In this document: one piece after another, positions 1-8,137 of the stretch
How positions within the stretch are numbered: the first letter of the stretch is position 1
Layout: every line of letters starts with the position of its first letter
Source: an uncultured Gemmatimonadales bacterium
GTDB taxonomy: Bacteria; Gemmatimonadota; Gemmatimonadetes; Gemmatimonadales; GWC2-71-9
Direction of reading: 5' to 3'
DNA: 64,000 nucleotides
NCBI GenBank assembly: GCA_963730185.1
Contig: CAVSQW010000006.1
Coordinates: 32,001-96,000 of the forward strand
The notes under the pieces: generated by a model
Database searches by the model: none
Seen by the model: only the letters and a program-made list of their open reading frames with translations
What the model was told of the DNA's origin: nothing
Position numbers and translations under genes: made by a program

Positions 1-470
1 AGCATCGCGCCGTTCACGCCGGACGGATCGGGCACCGGGAAGCCCGCCGGCGGGCCGCCGCCGTAGAGCACCAGGGCGGCCACCCGATCGGGCCAGGCCG
101 CCGCGAACCGCATCGCGACGCCCGCGCCGGCCGAGTGCCCGACCAGCACCGCGCGCCGGATGCCGAGGGTGTCGAGCAGCGCCAGGATGTCGCCCGGGTC
201 GGCGCTCGGGTCCGCGAACCCGGTCGACTTGCCGTAGCCCCGCCGGTCCAGCGCGATGACCCGGTAGTGGGCCGAGAGGTCCCGGACCTGGTCGTCCCAC
301 TCCCGGAGGCTCAGGGCCCAGCCGTGGATCAGCACCACGGCCGGCCCGCTGCCCGCCACCACGTAGTTGATCCGGGCGTCACCCCGATCGAGCGTCCTCG
401 GCTGCGCGGCCGCCGGCGCGGTCGCGATCATCAAGCCCAGGCCCGTCACCCACAGAGAAACAAGACGCAT
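1..470 (-). CDS. Secreted alpha/beta hydrolase (3' end outside window)
   Basis: Manual translation from ATG at 470: MRLVSLWVTGLGLMIATAPAAAQ signal peptide, VVLIHGW, nucleophile elbow VGHSAG, PDRVAALVL. Confidence 0.85.
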   Translation of the reverse strand, partial: MRLVSLWVTGLGLMIATAPAAAQPRTLDRGDARINYVVAGSGPAVVLIHGWALSLREWDDQVRDLSAHYRVIALDRRGYGKSTGFADPSADPGDILALLDTLGIRRAVLVGHSAGAGVAMRFAAAWPDRVAALVLYGGGPPAGFPVPDPSGVNGAM

Positions 471-567
471 TCGGCACCCCCTGGTCCGACGGGCCAGCAC
501 CGGCCCGTCTTCGGTAGGTTCGGCCCCGGCGCCCCGATCGGCAACCCCACCCGTCCCGCCCCTCGCA

Positions 568-595
568 TTGACACCCGGGCCCGCTGGGGCAGATT
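568..595 (+). promoter_or_regulatory. Putative sigma70-type promoter of the DUF2169 operon
   Basis: Exact TTGACA at 568-573, CAGATT 16 bp later; hairpin CTCTGACG(599-606)/CGTCAGAG(620-627) follows. Confidence 0.45.
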
Positions 596-719
596 CCGCT
601 CTGACGCCTCGCCTCCTTCCGTCAGAGGCGCCTCGCGCGCCCGTCCGATACCACCACCCGGGATGAGGGGCCATCCGTCCGGATGTCGCTCTCCCAGACA
701 GGCAGCCTCAGGAGCCAGC

Positions 720-1127
720 ATGACAGTACGCCCGGCCTACGACACCCGCACCCACGGGCCGACCTCGATCTCGGAGCCGGTCGAGATCGTCCGGCCCGCC
801 CTCCAGGGCATCGATGCCCGGCTCGACCTCCCGTCCGGCCGCACCATCGAGTGCGCCGACGCCGAGGCCGGGGGCGAGCTGGTCACGATCCGGAGCCCCG
901 GCGGTCAAGTGGAGTTGGAGATCCGGCTCACCGACCGGGGCCCGGTGCTCCGCTTCGAGGCCGCCAGCCTCGACCTCGAGGCCGCGGGCCGGATCCGGAC
1001 CCGCTGCAAGTCCTTCGAGGTGGTGGCCGAGGACGCCGCGATCACCGCCACCCGGGGCGACGTCCAGCTCCGGGCCAACGACGACGTCCGACTCAACGGG
1101 GAGCGCGTCAAGCTGAACTGCAGCTGA
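720..1127 (+). CDS. Small VgrG/gp5 C-terminal beta-helix-like protein (DUF6484-like)
   Basis: AGGAG then ATG at 720; 135 aa of short alternating beta strands ending GDVQLRANDDVRLNGERVKLN, resembling spike tips; directly upstream of DUF2169 genes. Confidence 0.55.
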   Translation: MTVRPAYDTRTHGPTSISEPVEIVRPALQGIDARLDLPSGRTIECADAEAGGELVTIRSPGGQVELEIRLTDRGPVLRFEAASLDLEAAGRIRTRCKSFEVVAEDAAITATRGDVQLRANDDVRLNGERVKLNCS

Positions 1128-1142
1128 GACGCGAGACGAGCC

Positions 1143-2201
1143 ATCGAATTCCAGAACACCGTCCCCTTCGGGGCCCGCTTCCTCAATACCGTCTTCGGCG
1201 AAGACCGCTCGCTCGGCACCGTGATCGCCCGGCCGTGCTTCCGGATCGAGGACGACCGGCTGGCATTCGACGCCGAGACCGAGATGCCGATCGAGGCCGC
1301 CCCGATGGCGACGCCGTTCGGCAATCTCCCGGCCGACACGCCGTTCGTCTCGGGCGGGGTCGACGTCTTCGTGATCGGGCAGGCCCGCCCGCCGCTGGGC
1401 AACCCCGCGTCGGAGCTCCGGGTCGACGTGAGCGTCGGGAGCTCGTTCCGGCGGTCCATCCGGGTGGTGGGCGACCGGGTCTGGCGGGCCAAGGCCTCGG
1501 CCGGCGGCAAGACCACCGCCGCCCTGCTCGAGCCCACCCCGCCGGTGCCGTTCACGGCCATGCCGCTGACCTGGGACCGGGCCTTCGGCGGCAAGACCAA
1601 GATGGAAGACTACGAGTACTTCTTCCCGGCCAACCCCGAGGGCCGGGGCTTCTACGCCACGGCCGACGAGGCCCTGGGCAAGCCGCTGCCCAACCTGGAG
1701 GACCCCGAGGCGCCGATCAAGTCGGTCGAGGACCAGCCCGAGCCGGTCGGCACCGCGCCCTACCCCCAGGCCGGCTCTCTCAAGTCGCTCGCCGCGCTCG
1801 ACCTGAAGGTCGACCAGGCCAATTCCGAGAACACCCGGATCGAGCGGATCAAGCCGCTCCTCTTCAACTCGGCCTCGCCCCGGATGATCGTCCCGCCGGC
1901 CCAGAGCCCCAAACCCGGCGAGCTGGTCGAGGTGACCAACGTCCGGACCTCGGGCCCGATCCGGTTCACGATGCCCGACCTGGCCATGCACGTCCACGTC
2001 CAGCTCGAGAACCGGCAGTACGTCTTCCCGCTCCACCTCGACCAGATCGGCATTCTGGCCGAGGAGCGCCGGGTGTTCCTCTCGTTCAGGGTGGCGTTCA
2101 AGTATCGGATCGTGGCCCGCGAGCGCCGCCGGGCCACCCTCCGGCGGGGTCCGGCGCCGGCGGAGATCCCGGCCGACTACACCATCGGCTGGGGGACCTG
2201 A
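1143..2201 (+). CDS. DUF2169 family T6SS accessory/chaperone protein (copy 1)
   Basis: DVFVIGQA, IRVVGDRVW, PFTAMPLTWDRAFGG, NPEGRGF, LPNLEDP, LFNSA motifs; family-like N-terminus EFQNTVPF begins at ATC 1143, upstream of the track's GTG at 1221. Confidence 0.85.
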   Translation: MEFQNTVPFGARFLNTVFGEDRSLGTVIARPCFRIEDDRLAFDAETEMPIEAAPMATPFGNLPADTPFVSGGVDVFVIGQARPPLGNPASELRVDVSVGSSFRRSIRVVGDRVWRAKASAGGKTTAALLEPTPPVPFTAMPLTWDRAFGGKTKMEDYEYFFPANPEGRGFYATADEALGKPLPNLEDPEAPIKSVEDQPEPVGTAPYPQAGSLKSLAALDLKVDQANSENTRIERIKPLLFNSASPRMIVPPAQSPKPGELVEVTNVRTSGPIRFTMPDLAMHVHVQLENRQYVFPLHLDQIGILAEERRVFLSFRVAFKYRIVARERRRATLRRGPAPAEIPADYTIGWGT

Positions 2202-2203
2202 CC

Positions 2204-3469
2204 GTGACCGATCCCGCCACCGGCCCGTCCGGCTTCCCCGCCCCGCCGACCGAGCTGCCCCCGGAGCTCGGCCAGTTCGAGACCGAGCCGTCCACCCAGG
2301 AGATCATCGACGGCAAGCCCGGGGGGGTGCCCATGGTGGCCCTGGTGCTCAAGCGCACCTACCGGATCGGGTCGCGCGGGGGCTGGGAGCCCGTGGCCGA
2401 CGACGACCAGGAGGTGGTGGTCGAGGACGAGATCCCGTACGAGGAGGCCGAGCCGCCCTTCGTCTCCCCGATCTTCCACAGCGACGACACCCTCTTCCGG
2501 CCCCGGACCGACGTCGTGGTGCAGGGCTCGGCCTGGGCCCCCGGGTCGCCGGCCCAGCGGCTGACCGTCCGGTTCCGGATGGGCGACCTCAAGCGCGACA
2601 TCCTGGTGTCCGGTGCCCGGAACGTGGAGCGCGGATCGGCCCGCGAGCTCCGGTTCACCGAGCCCGAGCCGTTCGAGTCCATCCCGCTCCGCTACGACCG
2701 GGCCTACGGCGGGGTGGACCTCCGGGCCTGGATGCTGACCCGGACGCCCCTGGAGGCCGATCTCCAGCGGGTCATGCCCGGCCTGCCGCTGGCCTCGTCG
2801 TCGCCCTACCACTACCCTCGTAACCCGGCCGGAATGGGCTTCCTGATCGAGGCCGCGCCCTACGACCTGGCCGACCTCCTGGTGCCCCACCTGGAGTACG
2901 AGCACGACCCGGTCACCGCCGACCGGCTGGCGGTGGGTAGCCCGGACCGCTGGACCAGCGCGCCGCTCCCGGCCGGGATGGACTGGCAGGGCTGCGACTG
3001 GTTCCCCCGGAAGGGCTACCTCGGCCTCCACGGGCTCCCGGCCGACTTCGCGGGGCGGGTGGCCGAGCGCGACCTGGGCTGGGCGCCGGCCGACCTGCTC
3101 CAGACCGGGTCGATGCTTCAGGGCCACCAGCCCCGGGCCGAATACGGACAGGGCGCCTCGGCGGGCATGGTCACCGACCTCTCGCTCGAAACGATCCGGG
3201 CCGGCATCCCGGTCAAGCTGGTCCACCTCCACCCCGAGCGGCCCGAGCTCACCATGGAGCTCCCCCGCGACTGGCCGGTGGCCAAGCTGGGACTCGGCGG
3301 TCCCTCGATGACCGACCTGACCCCGAAGCTGAGCGCCGTCGTGATCCGCCCGGACGACTTGGAGGTGGTGATGGTCTGGTGCGCCGAGACCAGGCGGTCC
3401 AGGGAGTACACCCCGAAGCAGTACGCCGAGATGGCCACCGAGGTGGCCTGGCGGCGAGATCCGAGATAG
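2204..3469 (+). CDS. DUF2169 family T6SS accessory/chaperone protein (copy 2)
   Basis: GTG 2 nt after copy-1 stop; VLKRTYRI, RPRTDVVVQGSAWAP, PFESIPLRYDRAYGG, YPRNPAGMGF, WFPR, LSAVVIRPD..VVMVW. Confidence 0.85.
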   Translation: MTDPATGPSGFPAPPTELPPELGQFETEPSTQEIIDGKPGGVPMVALVLKRTYRIGSRGGWEPVADDDQEVVVEDEIPYEEAEPPFVSPIFHSDDTLFRPRTDVVVQGSAWAPGSPAQRLTVRFRMGDLKRDILVSGARNVERGSARELRFTEPEPFESIPLRYDRAYGGVDLRAWMLTRTPLEADLQRVMPGLPLASSSPYHYPRNPAGMGFLIEAAPYDLADLLVPHLEYEHDPVTADRLAVGSPDRWTSAPLPAGMDWQGCDWFPRKGYLGLHGLPADFAGRVAERDLGWAPADLLQTGSMLQGHQPRAEYGQGASAGMVTDLSLETIRAGIPVKLVHLHPERPELTMELPRDWPVAKLGLGGPSMTDLTPKLSAVVIRPDDLEVVMVWCAETRRSREYTPKQYAEMATEVAWRRDPR

Positions 3470-3478
3470 GAGGGCACG

Positions 3479-4489
3479 ATGGGCTGGCAAGCGCTCGCGC
3501 ATCTTCGTTGGCACCCCTTCATCGGGCTCTGCTGGCACGACGGCATCATCGCCGCCGTCCCGCCGATCCCGACCCCCAAGATGCCGCACATCACCTTCAA
3601 CGTGCTGAACGGCCTCTTCCTCGGCGCCCTGCCGTCGGATTCGCCGGCCGGCATGGTGCAGGGACCGGGCGGGATTCCCTTCATGGGCCGGACCAACGAC
3701 GCGGGGTTCATCACCCCCCACGTCTCGATTCCGCCCAACAATTTCCTGCTCCCGCTCACCATTCTCTTCGGCAGCTCGGAGTCGATGCTGGGGTCGTCCA
3801 AGGTCAAGATCCAGTGCACCAACCTGATCTTCGGGGCGGACGAGTACGACATTTCGGCCTGCACCATCCCGGTCATTCCGCTGAGCACCAACTTCGGGTG
3901 CAACGACCCGCTGTTCGTGCCGCTCGACATGGTGATCTCGCCGAACACCGTGGTGGTCGAGATCACCCTGGTCGACCTGCTGAAGATGCTGGTCGACCTG
4001 ATCATCGCCGCCCTGATCGAGGGGCTGATGATGCTGGGCGGGGCGGCCCTCAAGAAGGTCTTCAAGAAGGTCAAGGCCAAGCGCTCCGCCTCGAAGCTCG
4101 CCAAGGCGTCGGGGGCGGGCGACGATGCCTACAAGGCCGCCTACAAGCACGCCGACGACGTCGACGTCGACCACGCCTTCAAGGAAGGGCTCCGGAAGCA
4201 GCGGGCCAAGGCGACCGGTGCCCCGATCCCGCCCCCCAAGCCGAACTTCAAGGCCCGGAAGGAGGCCAAGAAGGCGGGCGACGAAGCGTTCAACAAGGAG
4301 TTCCGGAAGCAGTTCCCACCGGCGAAGCCGGGCCCGGACCTCGGCGACAAGGTCGACCACGTTTTGCAGATCGGGCGGATCGGGGCGGCCCTTCGCCACA
4401 CCGCCAAGGAAGTCGTCAGCAACGTGATCGAGGGAGCGCTGGGACACGCCGCGCCCGGCGCCAACGACATCCTGGACGTCAAGAAGTAG
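3479..4489 (+). CDS. PAAR-like domain protein with hydrophobic helix and Lys-rich C-terminus; candidate T6SS tip/effector
   Basis: GGAGG RBS; HPFIGLCWH..PPIPTPKMPH, NDAGFITPH, GSSKV, GCNDP, NTVVV pattern as in PAAR-like N-termini; hydrophobic LVDLIIAALIEGLMMLGG; follows DUF2169 genes. Confidence 0.6.
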   Translation: MGWQALAHLRWHPFIGLCWHDGIIAAVPPIPTPKMPHITFNVLNGLFLGALPSDSPAGMVQGPGGIPFMGRTNDAGFITPHVSIPPNNFLLPLTILFGSSESMLGSSKVKIQCTNLIFGADEYDISACTIPVIPLSTNFGCNDPLFVPLDMVISPNTVVVEITLVDLLKMLVDLIIAALIEGLMMLGGAALKKVFKKVKAKRSASKLAKASGAGDDAYKAAYKHADDVDVDHAFKEGLRKQRAKATGAPIPPPKPNFKARKEAKKAGDEAFNKEFRKQFPPAKPGPDLGDKVDHVLQIGRIGAALRHTAKEVVSNVIEGALGHAAPGANDILDVKK

Positions 4490-4521
4490 CGGCGCCCGAC
4501 CGGCGCCCCTGGAGGCCGACA

Positions 4522-4731
4522 ATGGACAGCGAGACCTTCGACCAGCTCCCCAAGCGCGAGCAGCTTGGCATCGCCCTGAACCTGGCGGCCAGCGTCTTCG
4601 GCAAGGAGCGGGTCAAGCGCCACTACCAGCACATCGCCCCGCTGGTCGAGGACCGGGTCGGCCACGGCGCGGTCGCCGACCCGGCCCAGAACTACTGGGG
4701 CGGGGTGTGGCAGGTTTACAATGCGGACTGA
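4522..4731 (+). CDS. Small hypothetical protein (69 aa), candidate immunity/partner
   Basis: GGAGG 6 nt before ATG 4522; MDSETFDQLPKREQLG...YWGGVWQVYNAD; host-like GC3. Confidence 0.65.
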   Translation: MDSETFDQLPKREQLGIALNLAASVFGKERVKRHYQHIAPLVEDRVGHGAVADPAQNYWGGVWQVYNAD

Positions 4732-4749
4732 CCCGCACCCGGAGACTTG

Positions 4750-5715
4750 ATGCCCGGCTCGTCCGGTCCCGACCCTCTCGCCACGATTCGCGAGCGCGCC
4801 CCCGACCACCGGGTGTTCGGGGAGCTCGGCCGCACCAGCGACGACGACGTCTGGTACCTGGCCCGGAAAGAGGGTGAGGATCCGCTGGTCGCCCTCCGGC
4901 TCTCCCGGGCCGGGGTGGACGAGTGGGGCGATCCCCGCTACGAGCTCGCCGTCGCCAACGAGCTGGGGAGCGACGTCCCCACCGATCAGGGGAACTGCGT
5001 CGCCTGCGGCGCCCCGCTCCGGAGCTTCGCCCGGTTCTGCACCCGCTGTGGCGCCGACCAGAGCAAGGGGATGCGCGAAGGGGGCTCGGACGACGAGCGG
5101 AAGGTCCTCCTCGCCGAGGTCCGGGCCGCCGCCGCCGAGGTGTACGACGTGCTGGGCGAGATGCCGCAGGCCGACGGCGGCGGGACCGTCTACTTCGCCC
5201 TCGAGCGGCAGTCCGGCGAGCTGGTCCGGCTCCGGCTCCGCGAGGGCAACGAGGGGATGGAGCTCCACGAGACGGCCGTCGCGATGCATCTGGACCAGCT
5301 GGTGACGGCCACCCGGATTCGCTCCGGCGCCTTCCCCCGCCCCAGCGTCCGGATCTCGCCACCCCTCGGCGTCACGGCCCCGCCGCCGACCGCGCCCGAG
5401 CCGGCGGCTCCCGAGCCGGGGCCCCTGCCCCCCGAGGCGGCCGCGCCTCCGCCCGAGCCGGTGAGCCCACCGAGCCCGGTTCAGCCCGCCCCCCGCCCGA
5501 GCGCCCCGCGGCCCGTCCTGCCCGATCCCGGTCCGGCCCGGCCGTCCGGCCGACCCGCTCCGCCGCTCTTCGCACCGACCAACGAGCACGTGTCGCCCCG
5601 GGTCGCGTCGCGGCAGGCACCCCGGGCGTCCGACCGCGAGCGCCAGCTCCTCTGGGCCGTGGTGGTTCTGGCGGCCATCGTCCTGATCGAGACCACCCTG
5701 CTCCTGGTTCGCTGA
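4750..5715 (+). CDS. Double zinc-ribbon protein with two kinase-N-lobe-like repeats, Pro-rich linker and C-terminal membrane anchor
   Basis: CVAC..CTRC; repeats RVFGELGR..VWYLARK..LVALRL and YDVLGEMP..GTVYFALE..LVRLRL; terminal LLWAVVVLAAIVLIETTLLLV. Confidence 0.65.
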   Translation: MPGSSGPDPLATIRERAPDHRVFGELGRTSDDDVWYLARKEGEDPLVALRLSRAGVDEWGDPRYELAVANELGSDVPTDQGNCVACGAPLRSFARFCTRCGADQSKGMREGGSDDERKVLLAEVRAAAAEVYDVLGEMPQADGGGTVYFALERQSGELVRLRLREGNEGMELHETAVAMHLDQLVTATRIRSGAFPRPSVRISPPLGVTAPPPTAPEPAAPEPGPLPPEAAAPPPEPVSPPSPVQPAPRPSAPRPVLPDPGPARPSGRPAPPLFAPTNEHVSPRVASRQAPRASDRERQLLWAVVVLAAIVLIETTLLLVR

Positions 5716-5758
5716 CCCGACCGCTTCGTTCGCGGGGGGCCGGTCCACTCGCGGGGCG

Positions 5759-5784
5759 GGAACTTGCCCCGGGCCTCGGCCGTA
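5759..5784 (+). promoter_or_regulatory. Putative ECF-sigma promoter
   Basis: GGAACT-N16-CGTA about 70 bp upstream of ATG 5857. Confidence 0.4.
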
Positions 5785-5856
5785 CGAGTAGGGGGACGCT
5801 CGTCCGACTCGCGACCCGCCCCCTCGCCCCAGCCCGATCGCTCTCTCGAGGACGCC

Positions 5857-7047
5857 ATGCCCGAGCGCCGTGATTTCCTTCGCGTCTCCCTCGCTACCGG
5901 CGGGTTGATGATCTTCGGCCGCCGCCCCCTTGACGCCCTCGGCGCTCCGGCCAACCCACCGGCGCGGATCCCCGTGATCCCCTCGGCCCCGCGCTCGCTC
6001 AACCTCCTGATCCTGGGCGGCACCGGCCTCACCGGCCCCCACCAGGTGAGCTACGCCCTGGCCCGGGGCCACCAGGTCACCGTGTTCAACCGCGGCCGCC
6101 GGAACGACCGGCTGCCGGCCGGCGTGAGGGAGCTCAAGGGCGACCGGAACCTCCACCAGGTCGAGGCCCTCAAGGGCCAGGACTGGGACGTCGTGATCGA
6201 CAACCCCACCACCCTGCCCTTCTGGGTCAAGGACGCCGCCGAGGTGCTGAAGGACCATACCGGCCAGTACGTCTTCATCTCCACCATCTCGGTCTACGAT
6301 CCGGCCGGGCAGAGCTCGATCACGGAGACCTCGCCGCAGGTCGAGCTCAAGGCGTCCGACGGCGACCCGATGGCCATCACCATGGAGCAGTTCGGGAAGA
6401 ACCTCGAGTATCTCTACGGCCGGCTCAAGACGGCCTCGGAGCGCGAGGCGACCAAGTGGTACGGCGACCGGACCACGATCATCCGCCCCGGGCTCATCGT
6501 CGGCCCGGGCGACGGGTCGTTCCGGTTTACGTACTGGCCCTGGCGGATCGAGCAGGGCGGCGAGATCCTCGCTCCCGGCGACGGGAGCGACTCGATCCAG
6601 ATCATCGACGCCCGCGATCTGGCCGAGTGGACCATCCGGATGGTCGAGAACCACACCACCGGCACCTTCAACGGCACCGGCCCCCGGGCCCCGATGACCA
6701 TGGCCGAGCAGCTCTACGGCATCCGGGGCGCGTTCGACGGCAACAAGGATCTGCGCTTCACCTGGGTGCCGTCGGACTTCCTGGCCGAGCAGAAGGTCAC
6801 GCCCTGGGGGGAAATGCCGACCTGGATCCCCAAGTCGGACCCCGAGCATGTGATCTCGAAGACCGACGTGTCCCGAGCCATCGCCGCCGGCCTGACGTTC
6901 CGACCCCTGGCCACCAGCGCGGTGGATGCGCTGGACTGGTTCCGGAAGCTGCCCGAGAACGTGCGGGAGCAGGTGAGGAAGAATGCCGGCATCGCGGAGG
7001 AGAAGGAGAAGGCCGTCCTGGCGGCCTGGCACGTGAAGGCCGGCTGA
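5857..7047 (+). CDS. Tat-exported NAD-dependent epimerase/dehydratase family protein
   Basis: ERRDFLR twin-arginine signal; LILGGTGLTG Rossmann motif; ISTISVY; YGRLK (YxxxK); RPGLIVGP. Confidence 0.9.
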   Translation: MPERRDFLRVSLATGGLMIFGRRPLDALGAPANPPARIPVIPSAPRSLNLLILGGTGLTGPHQVSYALARGHQVTVFNRGRRNDRLPAGVRELKGDRNLHQVEALKGQDWDVVIDNPTTLPFWVKDAAEVLKDHTGQYVFISTISVYDPAGQSSITETSPQVELKASDGDPMAITMEQFGKNLEYLYGRLKTASEREATKWYGDRTTIIRPGLIVGPGDGSFRFTYWPWRIEQGGEILAPGDGSDSIQIIDARDLAEWTIRMVENHTTGTFNGTGPRAPMTMAEQLYGIRGAFDGNKDLRFTWVPSDFLAEQKVTPWGEMPTWIPKSDPEHVISKTDVSRAIAAGLTFRPLATSAVDALDWFRKLPENVREQVRKNAGIAEEKEKAVLAAWHVKAG

Positions 7048-7078
7048 GTCTTGCGGGGCGGGTATCGCGGGCACAGAC

Positions 7079-7277
7079 GGCAACGGCAACAGCAACAGCA
7101 TTAACCGCAGAGGGCGCCGAGAGTTCTCCGTCCTTCGCGGCCTCCGTGGTTTTTGTTGTTGCTGTTCTTCTTCTTGTTGACCGTTTCCTCCTGTTCCGCC
7201 CGGCGCGGAGATCAGTCGAGCAAGCGATCCCTCTGCGCCCTCTGCGACCTCTGCGGTTATCGCTGTTGGCCGTTGCC
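7079..7277. repeat. REP/MITE-like intergenic inverted-repeat element
   Basis: Left arm GGCAACGGCAACAGC..TAACCGCAGAGGGCGCCGAGAG (7079-7123) is complementary to right arm CTCTGCGCCCTCTGCGACCTCTGCGGTTATCGCTGTTGGCCGTTGCC (7231-7277); third degenerate arm at about 7128-7166; between convergent genes. Confidence 0.75.
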
Positions 7278-7301
7278 CAACCTGGCGCGATGCCTGCCAG
7301 G

Positions 7302-7997
7302 CTATCCGCCGGCCGGAGCCGGACGCTCGACGCCCGCGAACGAGCTGAGCTCGAGCCAGTCCGGCAGCCGCCCCCGGAGGTCGGGCGGCCCGTCGACCGA
7401 GAGCGACCCGGTCCGGAGCACCTCGTCGAAGGTCAGGTCGCCCATCCACACCATCGTCATGGTTCGGACGTCGGTCTCCACCTCGAGGTCGACCCCGAAG
7501 CCGGGGTCGTTGAGGCAGAGGTCGCTCTCCTCGGGCTCGAGCACCAGCCACCAGTGCTTCTGTCCCTTGGGCGCGCTCGGAAAGGCGAAGTGCACCACGA
7601 CCCGGCCCCGCTCGATCCGCTGGGTGCGGACCCGGCGCCGGATGTCCCACATCAGGAGCGAGGCGTCGAGGTCGCCGTCGCCCATCGGCGTCCGGACCCA
7701 GCGCTGGCCCCAGACTCCGAGCATCTCGACGATCGGCCGGAGCTCCTCACCCGCCTCGGTCAGGTGGTATTCGGCGTGGCCACCGTCTCGCTCTCGCCGG
7801 ACGATGCCGGCCCGCTCCAACGCCTTCAGGCGGTCGGAGAGGAGCGAGGGTGACATCAGCGGCACTCCGCGGCGCAGGTCGTTGAAGCGGCGGCTCCCCA
7901 TCAGGAGCTCGCGAATCACGAGCGGCGTCCAGCGCTCGGTGACGATCTCGGCGGCTTTGGCCACGGGGCAAAACTGTCCATACCCATGTCGGCCCAT
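7302..7997 (-). CDS. HxlR family winged-helix regulator with C-terminal SCP2-like domain
   Basis: YGQFCPVAKAAEIVTERWTPLVIRELL, SRRFNDL, LSDRLKALE, EYHLTEAG. Confidence 0.9.
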   Translation of the reverse strand: MGRHGYGQFCPVAKAAEIVTERWTPLVIRELLMGSRRFNDLRRGVPLMSPSLLSDRLKALERAGIVRRERDGGHAEYHLTEAGEELRPIVEMLGVWGQRWVRTPMGDGDLDASLLMWDIRRRVRTQRIERGRVVVHFAFPSAPKGQKHWWLVLEPEESDLCLNDPGFGVDLEVETDVRTMTMVWMGDLTFDEVLRTGSLSVDGPPDLRGRLPDWLELSSFAGVERPAPAGG

Positions 7998-8137
7998 GCT
8001 GCTCAAACTAGAGTCGATTGCACCCTCCTGCCAGCACCGGCCTCGGGCCGGGCGGGGCCGGTACAGATCTCGTACTTGAGACGACCCCGGCGCGGCCCCA
8101 CCATGAAGGTCCGTACCCGTTCAACCAGGAGTCCTCC

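Noticed and set aside
683..2203. N-terminal half of the 928-aa ORF, and other long Arg/Pro/Gly-rich or antisense ORFs (e.g. 4141-7650, 22122-25337, 28647-31436)
   Set aside because: Shadow ORFs typical of high-GC DNA, overlapping well-supported genes in other frames.
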